DNA from: Felis catus
Lineage: Eukaryota
NCBI RefSeq assembly: GCF_018350175.1
Contig: NC_058368.1
Location: 66,466,001-66,530,000 of the forward strand
Reading direction: 5' to 3'
Length of the DNA: 64,000 nt
Part shown: positions 36,421 to 50,099 of the stretch, in pieces
Position numbering within the stretch: position 1 is the stretch's first letter
How the letters are laid out: each line of letters opens with the position of its first letter
Notes under the pieces: model-generated
Told to the model about the DNA's origin: nothing
The model's input: the letters and a program-made list of their open reading frames with translations, nothing else
The model's database searches: none
Position numbers and translations under genes: made by a program

Positions 36421-36834
36421 TATTATTTCCATAGAAGAATCCATTGGTGCCACGGTCAACCTTTTAAATTTCTGTACTGAAGTCTGACCTATTATGTCAT
36501 TTTTAATTTGGAGAGCCATTACCTTCTAAATCAATAGCCCATAATTCCTCTATTTCAATGGACAACCAGGAAGGTGGGGGGGAAATTCCACTAGGATACT
36601 AAAAAGTCCTCCCCACTGAATCTTTATCCCAGGATTTATCAATTAGTACACACATATACATACACACATTCATACAGATACACATACACACATTTAATCC
36701 AAGAATCTAATTATAAGTACTTTTCATAATATGTTTCCTTCTGGAAACTACATCAGTGCTTCTAACTTTGGCATATGGAAAATGTTCTCATCCATAATGC
36801 AATGTTACTACCTAGAAATGAAATGAACTGTGTT

Positions 36835-36957
36835 TTTTTTAAAGTTTTTTTTAAGTTGTATTTATTTAAATAATCTCTACACTCAGCCTGGAACTCAAAC
36901 TCATGACCCTGAAATCAAGAGTCACACGTTCCTCCAACTGAGCCGGTCAGGTGCCCC
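36835..36957 (-). mobile_element. Short CAN-SINE (tRNA head plus tail)
   Basis: atttatttaaataatctctacac...caactgagccggtcaggtgcccc. Confidence 0.8.
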
Positions 36958-37356
36958 AGAACTGTTTTTTCTTAGAGTCTGCAAGAGTAATTAAATAATA
37001 TGTTGTGTTTATAGGTATACTAATTCTCTTAGCCTTGGAATTTAGGAATCAATTATAACAAATGTATGTATGAACAAATCTTAAATAAGCCACATAGACT
37101 ATGGGTAAACCAAATTTGAAACCATTCTTACTAGTTTTAAGAGCTGATAAAAATGAGCTATCATTAAAAATAAGAAAAATAAATAAATCTTCTTCAAAAA
37201 ATACTTGACCTGAATCTGGTGCTTCATACTATGCTCATTATTTTATAAGTGCTGTCAAAAGCATCTAACCATGATGTCTGTCTGATATTCTCTTTGAAAA
37301 TGACCTCCTCATTTAATCTCAGCTGCACGAATTCAGCTACTTTTAATAAGCCAAGT

Positions 37357-37387
37357 GCGCACGCACACACACACACACACACACACA
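37357..37387. repeat. (CA)n microsatellite
   Basis: Read directly. Confidence 0.9.
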
Positions 37388-37896
37388 GCCTAAAAGAATA
37401 ACTCTAAACTTCCAACTCATTTCATGAGCTATAAAAAATATATATATGTTCTTACAAATCATGGCAGACAGCTGCCTACTAAATGTAAATTTCTCTGTTA
37501 TGAAGTTTTCATTTCTAAAAAATGTTCTGGTCTAAGAAGGAAAACAGACAAAACAAGATAATTTCATGGAAGTTTTGGTTTCACTTTAGTTATGAAAGAA
37601 GCTTATAATAGCATTATTTTTATGGTTCCAAAATCTATTGAATTGACGCCATGGAAATGGATTCCATCTTGAGCGCGGTGATCTGAAGGCCAGGTCAGAA
37701 CTCAGCAGAAGATGCAGAAATGATGGAGGGGTGAGCACTGTTGTTGGTGGAAACATGGTTGTCCTCACTGAAGGCCTGAGGAAATATAAAATTGCACTTG
37801 AACAAGCAAAGTCACGGTGCATAAGGGGATTGGGAACCATGGAGGGTGAAGACTTAAAGAGTAAATAAAGTACATTGAAGAAAAATACTTACATCA

Positions 37897-38118
37897 GGGT
37901 GACTGGGTGGCTCAGTGGGTTGAGTGTTCGACTCTTGGTTTCAGCTCAGGTTATGATCCCAGGGTCGTGGGGATCTAGTCCCACACTGGGCTCCACACTC
38001 AGTGTGGAGGCTGCTTAAGACTCTATCTTCCCCTCTGCCTGCCCCCCTTTCCCTCTCTGCACTCTCTCTTTCAAAAAAACAACACCTTATATTAAAAAAA
38101 AAAAAATGAAAGAAAAAA
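37897..38118 (+). mobile_element. CAN-SINE
   Basis: Head and A-rich tail. Confidence 0.9.
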
Positions 38119-38202
38119 CAACCTCCCTGTCTGTCTTCAATTTCCACTGAGAAAATTTGAGCTCATAGAATTTGTATGAGTTGCCCAAGACTGCACAGAT
38201 GG

Positions 38203-38985
38203 TATATTAGTTTGCTATGGCTGTCATGAGGAACTATTGAAAGATAAACTGAAGCTTTTAAAAAGTTTTAAGAGTTTATTTGAGTCAACATTGATTCAAA
38301 TTGCAAAAACCCCAAACTGAAAGTTGTTAGGAGCACTCCCCCTGCAGGACCTAGGCACAAGGCATTTACACAGAAAATGCGGAAGCAAAGCAAGGAAATC
38401 ATTTGATTGACTATAGCTTATGTGGTTGCATCCTTTGGGAAAGACCCCTTGGCTATCTGTGACGGGTTGTTCCTAACCTTTTGCAGGCATTCGCTCTGGC
38501 TTAGGTTTGCGGTTGCTCACATAGACTACCAAGGCATTAGAGCCACCTCAGCCCAATGACCTCTTTGTTTGACTACTGTACACTAAGTACCACAGACTGA
38601 GCGGCTCGACTCATAGAAGTTTATTCTCTCACAGTTCTGGAGGCTGGAAGTTGGAGATCGGGCTGTTGGCAGAGCTAGGCTCCTTCTGAAAGCAACGGGG
38701 AAGGATCTGCTCTGGGACTCTCTCCCAGCTTCTGGTGGTTCCTTGGCTTCCGGCAACACAACTCAGTCTTCACATGGCCCTCTCCTCATGTGCGCATACG
38801 TATCCAAATTTCCCGTATTTATAAGGACACCAGTATATTGGCTTAGGGGCCCACCCCACTCGAATACAACTTCATCTTACCTCTCAATAGGTCCGCAGTG
38901 GCCCTATTTCCAAGCAGGGGTGTATTCTGAGGTACTGGGGTTAGGACTTCAACATATAAGTTTGGTAACAGGGGACACAATTCAG
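38203..38985 (-). mobile_element. MaLR LTR (MLT1C/D-like) split by a nested LTR
   Basis: gtatattagtttgctatggctg|...|aagtaccacagactg...ggggacacaattcag. Confidence 0.8.
38238..38582 (-). mobile_element. Solo ERV LTR (~345 bp, probably carnivore ERV1 class)
   Basis: TG...CA termini, near-TSD ctat/ctaa, AATAAA on the minus strand near 38275. Confidence 0.7.
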
Positions 38986-40805
38986 TGGTAAAATTGGGCG
39001 TCAAAGCTTATAAGCTCATTCTCTTTTCACAACTAGGTCACCCTCACCACATGCTCAAACTTTTGGGTTTAGATGGAGAGTTGGTGTGGGTCACATGGAT
39101 GGGGAAGAGACACTAAAGAGAAGTCAGGGAGACACCATCATGCAAGCCTTAGCTAATTTCTAGTGACATGTTGAACTCTGCTTAGTCTCACTGAAAATTC
39201 CAGACTGGGTGGAGGGGAGCCTACTTCTGTAAAGGTGAACCTGAGTCAGGCAGTACCAGGAGCTCCTTTTATTCTACAGTTAGTGCTACCCATGGTCTCT
39301 GACCTATATCTTCTCATCAATTATCGATTTGGGTAAGAAGTTTAAAAATCATATAGACCAAGACTCTCCATTGAGAAAACCAAGGCCTGCCCATCTAGTT
39401 AGCAACAAAGCCTCCGTCTCCTGGTCCACGGTGCAGTGTTTTTTCCTGACGCTAGGCAATCAGGATAAGTAGAATATGAGATATCACCTTCCTGATAGGG
39501 ATAATTTTTCTCTCTCATCTTTGTCTCAAGCATCTCCTATTTAAAAGTCACTCTTAATTCTTGTCTCTCTGCCAACTCAACAGTTAGGGATGGACAGATA
39601 GCATCTGCTCAAGACTATTTATTAAATACATTTGTGAATGAGAACAAAGATGCACTGTGACTTTAAAACTAAAACTCCCGCTGAGCATCCAAGTGGCCTC
39701 CTGACTTGCTTTCATGTCCACTGCTATGGAAAGACCAAGGGACTTCCTTTTACTTCCTTCTGAATTGGGAGGTGGGTAGGCCTCCTCCTGGAACCACTTT
39801 CCCTCTCTCCCCCTCCTAGATTTTTGCCTGGAACTGAACTCTTTAGAGTCTCTAAGTGTGGCTTCTCGTCTTCTTGCAAAAGAAAGAGCCGCTCTCTTGT
39901 GTACGGCCCCGCAGCAGTGGCTGGAGACTGGATCCCCTTCTGGCTGCCACTGTTAAGGCTCCCTGGAGACTGTGCACAGCTGAATGATCTCCTTCAGGAA
40001 TATTCCTTCCATCACTCTCCTTCCTTCGAACATACTGTTCACACGTGAAGTTATTCTTTCCAGGGTCCCCAGAACCTGGTGTTCTTTCACATTTACATGT
40101 TAACTTCACCCAAGAAAAGGATCCAGATTGCCACATAACCCTTTAAGGAAATATTTAAATGTTTTAAGATGTAAAGAAAAATCTGTCTTGAGGGAGGTCT
40201 TTATTAAAGTATGAGAGAGTTAGTGCTGCAGAATCCTGCTAAGAAAGGAAGAGGCACCTGCAATGTTTGAAGTTTGATGAGGAGTCAAAGCTGTCTCTTT
40301 TCCCCTTTTCCTAGCATTAAACTCTCTAGGATGTGTGATACTGTATTAGAGTTCTGCAAGATGTTACCAGTAGGAGAAATTGGCTAAGGGGCACATAGAA
40401 TCTCCTTGTATTATTTCTTACAACTGCATGGGAATCCACAATTAGCATAAAGTAAAAATTAACTTTAAAAAATCCCTAGAATCATGGAGTGGGCACGCGC
40501 ACTGATAGAACAGAAGTTGCCATTGCCCTGAATCACTGTGAAGGCCCTTCCTGGTGTTTGCAGTTGACCGATGGAAGCACCAGCGTGATCATCATACAGA
40601 ACGCCACTTCCATTGCAGTGGCTTCACACCCTTGGGAGCAGCACATTTCTCCTTCCCGTTCAAGGCCAACTTCCTAGTTGAAATCTTAATCACCTCTCTT
40701 GACTGACTTGTTCAAACCAGTGATGTGACCTGGATAATTGATTGACTAACTCTAGAAAGATCTTTCCGAGGGAAAGGGGTGGCTATTTTGTTCATCTTTG
40801 TTATA

Positions 40806-41023
40806 TTTTATTTTTTTAATGTTTATTTGTTTTTGACAGAGATAGAGAGATAAGCAGGTGTGAGCAGGGGAGGGGCAGAGAGAGAGGGAGACACAGAATC
40901 TGAAGCAGGCTCCAGTCTCCGAGCTGTCAGCACAGAGCCCAATATGGAGCTTGAACCCATGAACCGTGAGATCATGACCTGAGCCAAAGTCGGACACAAC
41001 TGACTGAGCCACCCAGGTGCCCC
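40806..41023 (-). mobile_element. CAN-SINE, SINEC_Fc-like
   Basis: Reverse-complement SINE. Confidence 0.92.
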
Positions 41024-42048
41024 ATCTTTATATCCAACATCTAACACAGAGCCTGGCACCCTGCAAGTGAATAAAAAATATTCGTTGGAGGAGTAAGTGA
41101 ATGAATGACTGATGGATGATAAGTAATGATTCTCGTTGCCTTAGGGTTCAAGTTAGTTGGAGATGGGAGCTATTCCAAATAACGTGCTGATTTCTTGCAA
41201 ATCAAAAGCCCAAATTTGGGGTTCGATATAAAATTTTTTTTCACACTATTTCTGACAGCACACAGTCATTTCAGAAAATTTAAAAAACACACAAAAAGGA
41301 TGAAGAAGAAAATTTATATCACTCATGTTTTCACCATTAAGAAAAATGCTAATAAATCTTTTGCTGTTTAGCATTCCAGATGAATATCACTATTCATTTC
41401 CTCAATAGTCTTTTTAATTAAATTGGAATTATAGTACACACATTTTAATAATCCGTTGTTATTCTCCATTTAATTATACAACAAAAAAGCTTTTCCACAA
41501 TTTGCAGTTATCAAAGTACAGAGCTAAGGAAGGGCTGAAAGCCTCAGTCAGAATCATGTCAGTCGTTTCAAAACATGGCAGTCACAGAAAGTGGCAGCAT
41601 CCGGAGGGTCCACTGCGCTTGGAAGGTTCATTGTATTAGACTGAAAATGCTTCGTGTCTGTACTAAAGAGAGTGGAGACTCTTTTGCAACATGACTCGGA
41701 AGGAAAAAACAGTTTGGGCTATTTTCATAACTAAAGGCGAATATAAGGAGATATTTAATGAAGGGATAGTTGATATTAAGGCAAATCTCTGGCTACATAT
41801 TAGCATTTTCAGGAGACTTGCCAACTTCTTGAAATTTAGACTTCTACAGAATCCAGGGGAAATGCCTCCCCCTCCCTTGTGCTTAATGAAAGAAGTCAGA
41901 CCAAATGGATTCATACTGTATGATCCCATTTATATAAACTTTTAGCATATGCAAACTATCCTCAGGTGACAGAAATCAGAGTGTTTGTCTGGGGACAGGG
42001 TGGCAGGTAAGGGTGTGAAGAAGGAATTATAAAAGGGCGTTGGGGGGG

Positions 42049-42266
42049 TGGGCGCCTGGGTGGCTCAGTCAGTTAAGCGTCCGACTTCGGCTCAGGTCAT
42101 GATCTCACGGTCCGTGAGTTCGAGCCCCGCGTTGGGCTCTGTGCCGACAGGTCAGAGCCTGGAGCCTGCTTTGGATTCTCTGTCTCCCTTTCTCTCTGAC
42201 CTTCCCCTGTTCATGCTCTGTCTCTCTCTGTCTCAAAAATAAATAAACATTAAAAAAAATTTTTTT
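42049..42266 (+). mobile_element. SINEC_Fc inserted in an old L1
   Basis: TSD aaaagg(gcg/tca)ttggg; flanks 41880-42420 are L1M 3'UTR-like. Confidence 0.93.
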
Positions 42267-42444
42267 AAAAAGGTCATTGGGAAACTTTGGGGTAGTAGAT
42301 ACAGTCATTATCTTGAATTTGGCAAGTCTCACTGGTATATAGGTACGCAAAAGTCCATCAAATGTCAGATTCAAATGTGTGCAAGTTCATTATATATCAA
42401 TTATATCTCAGTAAAGCTGTAGAAACAAATAAAGGTGCTAGAGG

Positions 42445-43022
42445 CAGCCAAAATGTCCTCCAATAGATGTATGCATAAACAAACTGCATGCTATATCCAT
42501 AAAAATTTTGGTCAAAAATTTTTTTAAAATATCAAGCCATGAAAAGACATGTAGAGACCTAAGTGCATGTGGCTCAGTGAACAAAGTCAGTTGAAAGGCT
42601 ATAAACTATATGACTCCAACTATATGTCATTCTGGGAAAGGCAAAACTGTGGAGACAGTAAAAAGATCCCCCCGGGGCTCAGGGGAAGAGAGGGAGGGAT
42701 GAATACAGGCGGAGCCCAGAGGATCATTGGGGCAGTGAAATTATTCTGAATGACGCTGTGATGGCGGATACTTTTGTCAGCACCCATAGAATGCATAACA
42801 CAAAGACTGGACCTTAATGGAAACTCTGGACATTAGTCATGCTAACGTACCAGTATTGGCTCATCAATTGTAATAAATGTACCTCACTAATGTAAGATGT
42901 GAATGATAGGGGAAACTGGAGGCCGGGGTGAAGGGGTGCATGGAAAATCCCTCTACTTTCTGCTCAATTTTTCTGTAAACCTAAAACTACTCTAAACAAA
43001 TAGTCTATTCATTTAAAAAAAA
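42445..43022 (+). mobile_element. L1MC-type 3' end
   Basis: cattctgggaaaggcaaaactgtggagacag...ttttctgtaaacctaaaactactctaa. Confidence 0.75.
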
Positions 43023-45714
43023 TCTTTTAAGATGCCAACAGGTATAAAATGAGGAGATTGCACCTCAAAGTTCAAATCTCAAGCTCATCCCAAAAGACCA
43101 GGAACTCCAGGAACTCCGCATTAAATCCACCCACAACCCCCCAAGCTCTCACAACCAGTTCTTGCCCCACATACCCTGCGCCCCCGGCCCCTGTAAGTCT
43201 TACAGTCCGTGACACCTGCCTTGTGGGGTTGGGGTCCCAGCATCCCGGCTCCTGACAGACCCCAGGAAACATCATCTTGGAGATTTGGTCTCCTTCCTGT
43301 GTCAGCCTGTGTCCAGGCTCCATCCTTCTGTTTGGGTTCTTTTAGGTCTATTTTAGGTGCAGTCTGACTCATACATTTCACTGAGGGTTCCCCGAGACTT
43401 GTTTCTCCTCTTTATATTTGGAGATTTCCTAGGCAGCATCTTACTCAAGAACACCTCATTGGGATTATTCATTGATCTTCCCTTCCTTCCCCCCTTCCTC
43501 ATGCACACCCACCTCTCCCTGTGCAGCAAAATCAAGGCATCTGTGTAGGAAATCTTTTCTAACTTTTTGCCATCTGGCTTCGTGTGGCCTTCTCTAGCAC
43601 TGACCTCACATTTACCCTCTTAGGAAGGAAGGCTTCATTTCACGATAGAAAGGTTATAATGTATTAAGAAAGTCAAGGAAGAAGGCATTCACCCATTATT
43701 CCTTTATTCAAAGATAACTGTGGTTTACATTTTGATACTTATACTTTCAATTGTTTTTCAGGAAATAAGCATAATTTTAAACAAAACTGTGATCATATTA
43801 CATTCTGTAGTATAATCTATTTTCACTGAACAATATATTATTTGCACTTTCTCATCTGATTTTAAGGGCTATGCAATAGCTCACGGTACAATAAATAATT
43901 GTGATGTTATCATAATTGCTTTAATTGATTCCCCTATAACACTTAGTATTGTTTGCAGTTTTTCAACCCTACTAATAATTCTTCAACAAACGTCATTATC
44001 AATTAACCTTTATATTCATCTCCGATCATTTTCAAGGTTGAATGCCTAGAGGTAGGACTATTGTGTTGAAATACGTGTTTGTTTGTAATGTTTTTGTTAT
44101 ATGTTTCCAAATCAATCCTGAATGATTGCATCATCTCCACTCCCAAAAGTGGAGCACACAAGTGCCCAAGAAGTGATTTCATCCTTAAAGCCAAAACTCA
44201 AAAAACACACCAGAGTGTAAACTTCAGTGCGTTGGAGAGTGCCTGTCAAAGTGTAAGATGCAAAAATTTGGAGAGAAAGTAAGAATATAAAATGAGACTC
44301 TAATGGAATATGTCATGACATTGATAGTATAATATTTCCATTAAATGTGTATTGTTAGCCACTCTACATTAACCACTCTACAGCTGTAGAGAATAGAAGA
44401 TGTAACCATGCCTCAAAGCAAGAGGGAAACATGGTTTCACTGTCTAAGCCTTTCTTTTAAACCTGTTTATAAATAATGTAACATGACACCTTCTCAGAAT
44501 CCAGGCAAAGATTAGTCTGAAAGGCCCAGGGACCTTGCATGGTGAGTCTGTGGTATGAAAGAAGGCCTAGATAGCATGCTTCTCCCAGAAGGGTATAACA
44601 CACCTGCATTCCTCTGAGCATTGCCAATCAACTCTTCTCTCTGCCTTTCTCCTTCTCCATTCATTCTGTCAACAACCTTCACTTACCTTCAACGACATGA
44701 TGCTATTACCCAACCCTATCTTCTGACCTTGTTCTGAACCCTGTAAAGTGCAATCCAGATTAATCAAATCAGGGCTTAAGAGGTGTTTTCTATGCTAGTT
44801 GTTTTTGGAACGGGTTCTGGCATGTTATCAACACTTTCACCCGTCTCAGAGATGTTACAATGGCATGTACAGATCTCATGGATCTCCTTCAAGTATGAGC
44901 TGGTGGTAAGGTGCATAATTTGAATGTGCTAAGGCATAGAAACAGTAGCCGTGAAGGAGAGAAGATATTTGCATATGGTGTATTTGGGATTTGATGTGCT
45001 GAGCATCCCTTTTTAGCTTCCAAAGCATTAAGATGGCAACGTTGTGTGAAATCTGGTTGGCAGTCAGTTACCAATATAAATCCAAAGTCCTACTGCTACC
45101 TTCTACCGCTCACGGATTTCCAAAGGTTACCAGTTCAATGGAATGGCCAATTGTATGCCAGCCAAATCACCCTAGGCTGGTTTTCCAATTACCCCAGATC
45201 ACCATGATCCCCAGTACCTTGGGGCAGTGGGTCAGGCTCCAAAATGCCCCTGCCAAATGTTGGCTTGTTGTTTGCCAAAACATAGGCAGACCTTCTAGAT
45301 TTCAAATAAAGCTAAATGCCCAAGTTTTACAAATGAAAACTCCCAAGGCTCCTAGGAATGATTCAAAGTTGCAGAAGTGTTAGAAAATCTGATGGAAAAG
45401 AGAAGAAAAGACCTCAGCGGGGCCAGAACCCAAGAAAATTATCCAGAACCAGAATGGTCTCAAAAATGGAGCCAACCAGATTTACACATTGACTGCATTT
45501 TTCTTTTGCTTCACTTGTTTCCTTCTAATTACTCTTTTAACAAAATGCTTCCTGTGTAATTTTCTCCCCATTATATCCATCTTCTCCCTTGGTAATTGTA
45601 AAGAGAAACAGCAGACGCTAACATAATTAAAACTAAATTTCACTTTAGCATGTCACAAGATGTCAAAACAACCTCAGTTGATAAGCCAGGGAAAAATAAG
45701 GAATATGTATCTCT

Positions 45715-45993
45715 ACTAAAATGGTGAACTTTGAGTAAAGCAGATTATTCTCCATAGTGTGGGTGGGCCTCATCCAATCAGCTGAAGGCCCTAATAGAAC
45801 AAAGACTGACTTTGCTGAGCAAGAAGGAATGCTGCCAGTAGATGGCCTTTGGACTTGAACTGCAACATCAGTTATTTCCTGAGTCTTCAGCCTGCTGGCC
45901 CACCCTACAGATTTTAGACTTGCCAGCCTCCATAACCATGTGAGGCAATCCCTTACAATCTCTATAGATAGGAAGATAAGCAGGGAGATAGAT

Positions 45994-46039
<46 letters not shown>

Positions 46040-46263
46040 CAAATGATGATAGATGATAGATAGATAGATGATAGATAGATAGATAGATGGATAATAGATA
46101 AGAGACTGTGTATATAGATATAGATATATGTATATGTGTATCTGTATATGCATGTGTAAATGTATAGAGAGAAATATACACATCTCTCTACATGTATAAA
46201 TGCACACACATACACACACACATTCTATTGGTTCGGCTTCTCTGCAGAGCCCTGACTAATGCA
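45715..46263 (+). mobile_element. MLT2 (ERVL) LTR containing an expanded (GATA)n microsatellite at ~45963-46220
   Basis: gtgggtgggcctcatccaatcagctgaaggcc...ctattggttcggcttctctgcagagccctgactaatgca. Confidence 0.85.
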
Positions 46264-49200
46264 TCTGCTTTACACTTTTCAGATGGGAAGATTCCAAAAT
46301 TGTAAGAACAAGGTTATCTTTTGGAGGCCTAAATAGAGCCCCCATTCTCAGGAAGCAAACATAGGATAGAGGACAACAGCAAGACAGTCACAAGTCTCAT
46401 TTCCCCCCAGGAAGGGAACAATGTTGGATGAGTCAGACCACCAAGGTTGGCGTATCAAGAGCTGCCTGTAGATAAGTGTATAGGGAACCCTACCAGACAC
46501 TAAGTGCCATGTTTAATCCATTAGTGAGAGAGAGCAGGCGGGCCCAGCATAATGAGAGGGACTTTGTTGATTATCCGTTCAATCCCCTGGTTAAAATTGT
46601 CCAAGAAACATAAGTAAATAAATCAGAGGAGAAAATCTTGGGAGCTGTACATTTACCCTCCTGAGTAAAATTTAGCATGAAGAAAGCTAAAAGCGTGAGG
46701 TACTTATTCCCATTCCAGAAGCAGGAAGGGTACGGAGGAAGGACTTTTTCCCTCCGAAGCACTAAACAGAGGCTGTCGATAGCGACGTAACAGAAAGAAC
46801 AACATTTTCTTCAGGAGGCTCAAAAGCCAAACTGGCTGCAGGAATTAGAAACACACAGAACATTTCTGATTCTTACTGAAAACTAAGCACAGAGTAGCAT
46901 TGGTGGCTAAACACCATTCCTATTTTACACTGGAAACAAACAAACAAAAATGAACTGACAAGTCATTTGACTCCTGGGTCTAACCTCAAACTTCACAACA
47001 CAAAGTACGTGAAACTACTCTCTCCTTGCAACGCTGGCCCGCCCTGTGTTCCACACTTGCCCCCTTTCCATAGGAGATGATTCTAACCCCCTGCGGTCCA
47101 GACCAAATGCAGTTGCCTTTCGCTTGTGAAATATTCTTTCATTTAAAAAATCATTAAATGAGGAAGGAGAGCAAAAACTTCGTAGCACAATCCATCACTC
47201 AGGGATAACCCTATTATCAGTTGATGGCTTTCCTTCCAGACTTTTCTACCACGGCCAGCCTCACACAATTCATTTTTTAGTTTCTTTCTTTCTAAATAAT
47301 TGTGCCAAAAAGGTTTTAAAGCAGTTTGGACACATGCATCTTCCTGAGCCTCTACTGTCACCATCTATAAAATGAAGATAGTATTCCTAACACCCATCTG
47401 ATCCAGCAGTTGGGAAAACTAAACAAGTTAGCACATCTAGTACATAAAAGTAACTTGACCTTCCCGCCCCTCCATCTCTTCTTCCTTCCTTATTCTTTTC
47501 CTGCCTTCTTATTGATTCATTCCTTGAAAACGAGTTTGCTAAGCACCTGCTGTACGCTGGGCCCTGCAGTAGGCACCAGGCTCACAGTAATGAAGAAGAG
47601 GAGAGCCGTGATTCCTGCATCCGCAGCACATGGACATACTGAGATAAAGAAAGTGACAGGGCTGTGGGAACAATGGCAAGAACATCAGAACTCGGGGGTG
47701 AGGAGGGAGGTGGTGTTCCAAGCATAGGAAACAGTATTACAAAGGTCCTGAGTCAGACCATTGGGATGTGTCTGGAAAAGGAAAGAGTAAGTTTCTGTTG
47801 TTATAAACCACCTAGTCGTGGTCATTTGGTATGGCAGCCCTGGGAGACGATACATATCCATTATTCTCCTTTTTAAAATTGCTCATATAATTATCTAGCG
47901 GAGGCCCTGGCTTTCATAACTATTAGAATCATCCATGAGTTACGCGTTTGTTTTATACCTGTAAGATGAGTGACGTTGATCGTGCATAAGTGAGGTAAAC
48001 ATTTTCTTTCTCTGTTGTTTATGTTTTTGCTTAGTGAACTCATTCATCAAAGTCAGAGCAAAAACAAACACCAGTCTACCCGGATCCAAAGCCAAATTTG
48101 CGAGATAGGGAATTAAGAACATGCCACTGTAAAATGGTGAGATCTTTGCTATTTTTATAGAATGCGATGCTTGTGTTTGGCTAATGTAGTTAATCATCAG
48201 CCCAAATCATCTGCTCCAGATTTACACTCCTATTTTCAGGGCTTCAAACCATTTGGAAAGCACCATTATGCTTCTGTTTGTTTCTCAGAGCGAGCTCAGC
48301 CGCGTTACTGCAGGTAGACGCTTGTTGTCTGTTAGCTTAGGCAGGGCTTCTCAGCCAATGCAGCACACCCCATCGCTGGTGCTGGGACTTTGTTTTTGAT
48401 CCAGGAGATGCCGGTCACTGGAATTCGACGGACAGGAGCCAAGACTGCCCAACTCAAAATGCCCATAAGCACCACTGATAGGGACTTCCGACGCAACCAA
48501 TGCAACATTTGTGACATGCCAAAGAGATGCCATCTGTCTTTTCGGTGTGAGAAAAACAATAAAAAGTGACTTGTATTGGCTTCCTCTCTTTGTATCCAGG
48601 GTACCTTGTGCATCACCCCCTGAGACCCTTTTCTTGTCAGATGGTGCGTTCACGTGTCCATCTTCCCCTAGTCTCTGTGTTACATCAGCATTGAGACACC
48701 GCTTCATTCATCTTTGTATCCCCAGCACGTGTTAGGAACAGAATGACTGCTCAATTCAGTTTGATGAATGAAGGAATGAAACCTTAGCAAACCTAAAAGT
48801 TTAGAACAAATTATCCTTTTGGCTATAGAAGTACTCTCTGGGGGAAAGAACGCAGGATTTATCCTTTTCTAGGGTTTGTGACATACCAGTTCTACCATTA
48901 TCTTACGAGGTGTCGGTTTCTTCATCTGGAGAGTAAGGAGAGTTGGAGTTTGGTCTCTGCATTATTCTAAAGTCTGCTCCAGCTTCAGAAGTTCTGCGTC
49001 TTTGTTAAATAAAGATAATAGCACATCAAGAGTAGACACCCTAGCCCTATCGCCAGGTGCAAACAGTTTAAAATTCTCTACTAATCTTCTAACGGCAGCC
49101 ATTATCACATTTAATGTCAGAGATTTGGCCAAACATCCATTGTAGAAACTACCTTTCAAAAAAAAAATGTGGCTAATTCTAGAACGTAATCTATGTGGTC

Positions 49201-49329
49201 GTGTGTCATCTTGGTTTCCATGGTAGAATATTTTTCTTGTCAGCTCTGAAGTAAGAAAAGGAGGATACCAAGAGCTGTTTTAGGTAGTCAGAGGCAAAAG
49301 AGAATGAGTATTGCACAAAAGCAGAGAGA

Positions 49330-49788
49330 AGAGAATATGGAAAAAATGACAGGATGCCACTTTGTGATTCGGTTGTAAAAGACTGACTTCCATCTTGCTA
49401 ACGAACTCTCTATTGCCTTCTCAGCTTGAACCATTTATGAAGCAAGCAGTCTTGTTCACGAGACCTGTGTGGCAAAAAGTTGAGGGCCGTCTCCAGCCTA
49501 TACCCAGCAAGAAACCAAGGCCCTCAGGCCAACAACCCACAAAGAAGCAAATCTTGCCAACAAAAACGTGAGCTTGGAAGCAAATCCTTCTCCAGTCGAA
49601 CCTTAAGATGACAACAGTCTGGTCTGCGCCTTGATGGTGGAGTGATAGGAACCCTGACAGAGAGGACCCAGTTATGCCATGCCCAGATTCCCTGACCCAC
49701 AAAAGCTGTCAGATAATAGTAAATGTGTGTTGTTTTAAGCTGCTAAATTTGGGGGTGATATGTTACACAGCAATAGATGACTTATACT
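49330..49788 (+). mobile_element. MaLR LTR (MLT1E/F-like)
   Basis: gtgagcttggaagcaaatcc...tgttgttttaagctgctaaatttgggg...acacagcaatagatgac. Confidence 0.8.
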
Positions 49789-50099
49789 TGGTGTCAAGGA
49801 TTCACATACAGTTTGTTGCCTGACACTAAATGCCAATGACTTATTTTTTTCTCCTCTCTGGTGGTCACTTTGTTGATTAAAACTCCATCTGGTCCCCAGC
49901 ATCCAGATCTTGGTTTTTCCATTAAAATGAAGTAGAGCTCTTTCTTAGGTAAATAGTTGACTCTAGCACTGAAGCAGAAAAAGCAAACGCAGAAGCTGAA
50001 ACATTTTGTGGTGCCAGAAAGTAAAAGGATAGAAGAATCAACTCGAAGGAGACTGCAGTGTTTAACCTGGAACAAGTCGAGCAAGTAAACAAATGATGG

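Noticed and set aside
48430..48570. DFRRNQCNICDMPKR peptide resembling half of a RanBP2-type zinc finger
   Set aside because: The first W-x-C-x2-4-C half is absent in frame and there is no other retrocopy hallmark; probably chance.
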